Shown here piece after piece: positions 60,501 through 64,000 of a stretch of DNA of 64,000 nt. Positions within the stretch are counted from its first letter, which is position 1. Every line of letters starts with the position of its first letter. The position numbers and the translations under genes were made by a program. The stretch covers positions 1,312,001-1,376,000 of the forward strand of contig NZ_JAQNDL010000002.1 in the NCBI RefSeq assembly GCF_028368995.1. The letters run 5' to 3'. Source of the DNA: Nannocystis bainbridge. Its GTDB lineage: Bacteria; Myxococcota_A; Polyangia; Nannocystales; Nannocystaceae. The notes under the pieces are model-generated. The model was not told where the DNA came from. It saw only the letters and a list, made by a program, of their open reading frames with translations, and ran no database searches.

Positions 60501-61460
60501 CTCGACGTGGCCCGCGAGCTCGCCGAGCAGATGCTGGTGTTCGCCGAGCGTCGGCGCCAGCGCGTGCCGCTGCTGGTGTCGCACCGCGCCCTCGGCACCC
60601 AGCTGTTCCACCAGGGGGACTTCGAACGCTCGCGCGCCCACCTCGAGCGCTCGGTCGTCCTCTACGCCCCCGACTTCGATCGCAACCTCGGCCACCTCTA
60701 CATCCACGACCCACGGATCGCGGCCCTGGCGATCCTGTCGCTGACGCTGTGGATGCTCGGCCGCACCGCCGAGGCGCTCGAGCGCAGCCGCGTGTCGGTG
60801 GCGCTGGCCCGCGAGCTCGGCCACGGCTTCTCGACCACGTTCGCGCTGGTGACCGCGGCGATCCTGCGCCAGATCCTGCGCGACGTCGACGGCGCCCGCA
60901 CCCACGCCGATCAGGTCTATCAGCTCAAGGCCGAGGCCACGCTCGGCGCGTGGGTCAGCTTCGCCGACGCGATCCGGGCGTGGGCGATGGCCGAGCTCGG
61001 CCAGCACGACGAGGGCCTCGACCTGCTGCGGCAGGCGCTCATCGAGCTGCAGGCGGCCGGCATGGGCATGTTCATGCCGTGGACGTTCTCGATCTTCGCG
61101 GACCTGTGCGTGCGGGCCGGCCGGATCGACGAGGGCCTGAGCGTGATCGCCGAGGCGATGGAGTCGTCGCGGCTCAGCGGGGCGCGCTGGTGGGAGGCCG
61201 AGCTCATGCGTCAGCGGGCCGAGGTCGCGTTCGCCGTCGGCGACACCGAGGAGGCCGCGCAGCTGCTGCACGAGGCGCTGGCGCTCGCGCGCGAGCAGGG
61301 GGCGCGCGCGCTCGAGCTGCGGGCCGGCCTCAGCATGGCTCGCCTGTTCCCCGACGATCCTGCGACGCGGGCCCGCCTGCGGGCGCTGCACGACGATCTG
61401 GTCGACAAGGTCGACGACGTGCTGCTGGCGGCGCTGGCGGCGGCGGCGGCCGGCGGCTGA
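57516..61460 (+). CDS. Adenylate/guanylate cyclase, ADCY10 (soluble AC)-like: two class III cyclase domains + AAA/STAND ATPase + TPR-like region
   Basis: ADVSGFTSLTE, DVVKFAGDAL, EYTVLGDVVNLAARLM; Walker A GEAGLGKT; LLLEDAQ; GHPFFSEEL; FKHAL. TTG start inferred. Confidence 0.88.
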   Translation: MPELFKALASYIPAIVTRRLSVDPRPLHQPQAEIVAAAVLCADVSGFTSLTEALAKQGPAGVEKVAAGLNTYFGRLIDITAAHGGDVVKFAGDALTAVWVAEGASARAAEAAVACGLAIQAALHACQIDDGIELSLRIGVAAGRIALVHVGGLGGRWELVLVGPAIEAVRRAEALARPGEVVIDRRVWTMLAGRTDGEARGEHGFGRVTSLREPVVPSPLVRPLLPDVAEQALRGYVPPAVIARLSAGQSSFLAELRRLSILFINFPDLKHQTPLMEAQEVMIAVQQIVETWEGTIGHLSVDDHGTTVLVAFGLPPLAHEDDPGRAIEAAQQVRELHKRLGWRTNCGIASGRAFCGTVGSAERCEYTVLGDVVNLAARLMQAGDGKSVLCDHYTFVATRGQFLFEGLPAISVKGKEGTISIYTPASARLPGRSQKERAVSGPLPTAGGPRASLVGRMRERGVLINGLHEVLRGNSATIVVEGEAGLGKTRLADDLLDQAEAAGATRLLGAREISEAAGPYHAWMPIFAAIFGLNQGTDGGQGPDPWQRVVSGLRRLVPAAVSRAPLLGAVLPIDAVDNDRTAPLQGRARAEQTRMLLVQILLAYLKAHPAVLLLEDAQRFDSASWALLTEVREEVQPLLCVIVTGPVDNDTAAAELRQILADQGTYHLQLQPLSLAETENLVCRRLGVSRLPSEVASFIYERAEGHPFFSEELASALRDAGFITIWNGECLLSHEAGDLRTAKFPDNLEAVIISRIDRLQQQHQLVLKVGAVLGRVFSLSLLRAIYPIEADKAQLPEYLQALERRGLLVPKPNAAEGTFLFKHALTQEVAYGLLPFAQRQQFHQAVAEHFERAHGSKLELYYPLLAHHWYRVVASSALVPGGGRPSPELIGRAVLYLQRAGDQAIRNDAGQEAVQHYSHAIELQRHLPESPERVEQEIGLQIGLGNAQVATLGFGSDEVEQTFARARELCREVGDTRHLFPVLFGLWQHYVVRAQLDVARELAEQMLVFAERRRQRVPLLVSHRALGTQLFHQGDFERSRAHLERSVVLYAPDFDRNLGHLYIHDPRIAALAILSLTLWMLGRTAEALERSRVSVALARELGHGFSTTFALVTAAILRQILRDVDGARTHADQVYQLKAEATLGAWVSFADAIRAWAMAELGQHDEGLDLLRQALIELQAAGMGMFMPWTFSIFADLCVRAGRIDEGLSVIAEAMESSRLSGARWWEAELMRQRAEVAFAVGDTEEAAQLLHEALALAREQGARALELRAGLSMARLFPDDPATRARLRALHDDLVDKVDDVLLAALAAAAAGG

Positions 61461-61502
61461 GGTCCGGGCCGCGGCGGCGGCATCTGTTATGGTTGCGCCG
61501 CC

Positions 61503-62105
61503 ATGTGGAAGAAGCTGGCGATCGTCCTGTTGGTGGTGCTGCTGCTGGTCGGCGGCGTCGTCACCTATCTGTGGCTGCAGGTCACGGCGCTGCCGGACTG
61601 GTACACCGAGCTGGCGCAGGAGGGCGCGCCCGCGGCGGCCGAGGACGCCGGCGGCAAGCTGCAGTGGCAGCCCGCGGAGGGCCAGGCCGGCCGCAAGGAG
61701 CTGCGTAACTTCCACCGCAAGGCGGCCCGCTCGAGCCCGGAGGTCAAGGAGGTGATCAAGGCCTCGCGCGCGACCTTCGAGGACGGCCGGCTCGAGGCCG
61801 GGGTGGTCGCCGACCTGCGCAAGCTGCCGCAAGACAAGCTGAGCGGCGACCAGCAGGGCCTGTTCGAGCGCGCCCGCCAGTCCTTCCCGTCGCTGACCGA
61901 GCGCGACGTGTACATCGGCGTCGAGGACCCGTCGCCGATCGTCAAGGACGGCCGGGTGACGATGGGCCCGAGCGCGCGGGTCAAGATCGGCAAGTTCACG
62001 TACGCGCTCGACAGCGCGGCCCAGAAGCTCGGCATGACCCCGGACCAGCTGCGCGGCGAGCTCGAGAAGAACATGCGCGAGCTCGGGGTCGAGGCGCCGA
62101 ACTGA
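61503..62105 (+). CDS. Hypothetical membrane-anchored protein
   Basis: N-terminal TM then ALPDWY; coding-like codon bias. Confidence 0.7.
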   Translation: MWKKLAIVLLVVLLLVGGVVTYLWLQVTALPDWYTELAQEGAPAAAEDAGGKLQWQPAEGQAGRKELRNFHRKAARSSPEVKEVIKASRATFEDGRLEAGVVADLRKLPQDKLSGDQQGLFERARQSFPSLTERDVYIGVEDPSPIVKDGRVTMGPSARVKIGKFTYALDSAAQKLGMTPDQLRGELEKNMRELGVEAPN

Positions 62106-62295
62106 CGCTCGGGACATGTCGTGAGGGGCATGTCCGAGAAGGCATGCGCTTCAGGACATGTATGTCGGTACATGTCCGAAGATACATATACTGGGTGTGT
62201 CTGCGAGGACATGTCCTTCAGCACTTGTCCCGAAGCTCATGTCCTTGGGTCCATGTATGGATGGACATGTCCTTGGGGGCATGACCCCATGACCA
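62103..62295. repeat. Array of about 13 14-bp units filling the convergent intergenic region
   Basis: Six in-register units at 62103-62186 starting on the upstream TGA stop, an 11-bp break, then seven units at 62198-62295 ending 6 bp from the cls stop. Confidence 0.9.
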
Positions 62296-62301
62296 TGTCG
62301 A

Positions 62302-63771
62302 TCACAGCAGGGGCGACAGCAGGCGGGCGAAGCCCTCGCCGAGGCGCCGCGGCAGCGACAGCGACTTGCGGGTCTCGGGCCGCACCTCGAGCGATTTGGC
62401 CAGCTCGCGGGTGAACACCTCGGCGAGGTCGAGCGTGACCCTGCGGTCGTAGAACATCGCGGTGACCTCGTAGTTGAGGTAGAAGCTGCGCACGTCCATG
62501 TTGGCCGAGCCGATCGCGGCCACCCGGTCGTCGACCAGCAGGTACTTGGCGTGCAGCATGCCGGGCAGGTACTCGTAGATCCGGCAGCCGGCGGCCAGCA
62601 GCTCGTCGTAGTAGCTGGCGCCGGCGAGGCTGACGAGGCTCGAGTCGTTGTTGCGCGGCAGGGGCACGAGCAGGCGCAGGTCGCAGCCGCGCAGGGCGGC
62701 GGTCTTGAGCGCGAGCGACAGCGGCTCGTCGGGCACGAAGTAGGGGGTGGCGATCCAGCAGCGCTCCTGCGCCGAGGCGATCGCGGCGGTGAGCTGGGCC
62801 GCGATCGCGTCGATGAACGGGAGGTCGGGGCCGCTCGGGACGATCTGCAGCATCGGCCCGCACGAGTGGCCCGACGGCCGCGCGAGCAGGTCGGCCAGCT
62901 GGCGCGCGAACGCGGGATCCTCGGCGTGGTCGTCGGAGTGGGCGGCCAGCCAGTCCTCGAGGAAGATGGCCTGCAGGCCGACCACGGCGTCGCCGGTGAT
63001 CCGCACCTGGAGGTCCGACCACGGCCGCGCCCCGAGCCCGCGCCCGAGGTACTCGTCGCCGACGTTGAGACCGCCGGTGAAGCCGAGGTCGCCGTCGACG
63101 ATGACGATCTTGCGGTGGTTGCGGAAGTTGATCATCAGCGGGCGGTAGCGCAGGCGCACCGCGCCGAAGGTGAGGACCTGCCCGCCGGCCGCGACCACGC
63201 GCTCGAACAGCTCGCGCGGGGTGCCGAGGCAGCCGAACTCGTCGTAGAGCAGCCGCACCTCGACCCCGGCGCGCGCGCGCTCGCACAACAGGTCGATCCA
63301 GCGCCGACCGGTGTCGTCGTCGCGCCAGATGTACGAGGCGATGTGGATCTGCCGGGTGGCGCCGGCGATCGCGGCCTCCATCGCCGCGAACGCCCCGGTC
63401 GGATCGGCCAGCAGCTCGACGCGGTCGGCCCGCCGCAGCGGCGCCGCCGAGCTGTTGAGCGCGAGCGCGACGAGGCCGCGCAGCGGCTGCTCGAGCTCCT
63501 CGAGCGGGGTCTCGAGCGGGAGCAGCCCGCGCGTGACGTCGGTAGGGTTGATGCTGCGTCGCGCTCGCAATCGCCGCCGCCGTCGCACGCCGGCGCGCCC
63601 GAGCAAGACGTAGAGGCACAGCCCGAACAGCGGCAGGAAGATCAGCGCGAGCAACCACGCGAGCGCGGCGCTCGGACGTCGTCGCTCCAGCAGGACCAGC
63701 GCCGTGATGCCGATCACGTAGAGGACGGTGGCGAGCTGGATGAACCAGAGCTCGGTGAAGACTTCAGGCAA
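62302..63771 (-). CDS. cls: Cardiolipin synthase
   Basis: Two N-terminal TMs; two HKD motifs (NHRKIVIVDG...GGLN; LHAKYLLVD...GSAN); TPYFVP. TTG start inferred. Confidence 0.92.
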   Translation of the reverse strand: MPEVFTELWFIQLATVLYVIGITALVLLERRRPSAALAWLLALIFLPLFGLCLYVLLGRAGVRRRRRLRARRSINPTDVTRGLLPLETPLEELEQPLRGLVALALNSSAAPLRRADRVELLADPTGAFAAMEAAIAGATRQIHIASYIWRDDDTGRRWIDLLCERARAGVEVRLLYDEFGCLGTPRELFERVVAAGGQVLTFGAVRLRYRPLMINFRNHRKIVIVDGDLGFTGGLNVGDEYLGRGLGARPWSDLQVRITGDAVVGLQAIFLEDWLAAHSDDHAEDPAFARQLADLLARPSGHSCGPMLQIVPSGPDLPFIDAIAAQLTAAIASAQERCWIATPYFVPDEPLSLALKTAALRGCDLRLLVPLPRNNDSSLVSLAGASYYDELLAAGCRIYEYLPGMLHAKYLLVDDRVAAIGSANMDVRSFYLNYEVTAMFYDRRVTLDLAEVFTRELAKSLEVRPETRKSLSLPRRLGEGFARLLSPLL

Positions 63772-63816
63772 CGGGCGACAAGTGTAGCGCGACGGGCGGC
63801 AGCTATAGTTACACCG

Positions 63817-64000
63817 ATGTCCCTGGAGCGCCTCGTCCCGCACAATCCGGCCACCGGCCAGCCGCTCGAGCCGGTCGACTGCACCACGCCCGATGGCGTC
63901 CGCGAGGCCGTGGCCCGCGCCCGCACGGCCCAGCGCGCCTGGGTTGCCACCGCCGCCGACGCGCGCGCGCGCCAGATCCGTGCGCTCGCGCAGGCCATCG
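63817..64000 (+). CDS. Aldehyde dehydrogenase family protein, N-terminal fragment running off the window
   Basis: Translates MSLERLVPHNPATGQPLEPVDCTTPDGVREAVARARTAQRAW...; NPATG and AV..AR.AQ..W are ALDH N-terminal motifs. Confidence 0.8.
   Translation, partial: MSLERLVPHNPATGQPLEPVDCTTPDGVREAVARARTAQRAWVATAADARARQIRALAQAI

Noticed and set aside
62103-62295. Similarity of array junctions (GGACATGTCC) to the eukaryotic p53 half-site RRRCWWGYYY
   Set aside because: Arises from head-to-tail joining of units; isolated copies and the 4.6-kb array lack the junction, and the context is bacterial.

Overview
Very GC-rich bacterial chromosome segment, most likely a myxobacterium. It is Nannocystis-like by inference from the MYXO-CTERM-type tail, a STAS/SEC14-like protein and several Thr/Gly-linker Cys-rich lipoproteins. 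It holds about 45 genes. These include a peptidase/TolB-propeller/Omp85 protein, mnmG, a cobA-hemD fusion, an atypical P450, a ferritin-like protein and a lysA-like decarboxylase. A mevalonate-to-squalene cluster follows (fni, mvk, mvaD, a phosphomevalonate kinase::HMG-CoA reductase fusion, hpnC, hpnD, hpnE). Further on are a lipoxygenase + FAD-oxidase pair, a ~1300-aa tandem-repeat protein, a GH13/GH15/GlgP glucan locus, tgt-yajC-secD-secF-recJ, an ADCY10-like cyclase and cls. The most striking unexplained signal is a 14-bp palindromic unit, consensus TGTCC-N4-GGACA (degenerate (T/G)G(T/C/G)CC-N4-GG(A/G)CA), seen roughly every 1-3 kb. It forms head-to-tail arrays with a 14-bp period next to stop codons, occurs as in-frame arrays inside proteins (42-bp = 14-aa higher-order repeats), and is overlaid on conserved enzyme genes through otherwise rare A/T-ending codons. 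This looks like a chromosome-wide protein-binding or structural signal that I do not recognise. I also see a degenerate tRNA-Thr(CGT)-like element and many -10 boxes placed 6-11 nt before start codons, suggesting leaderless mRNAs. No CRISPR array, rRNA or transposase was found. All motif coordinates and counts were read by eye.
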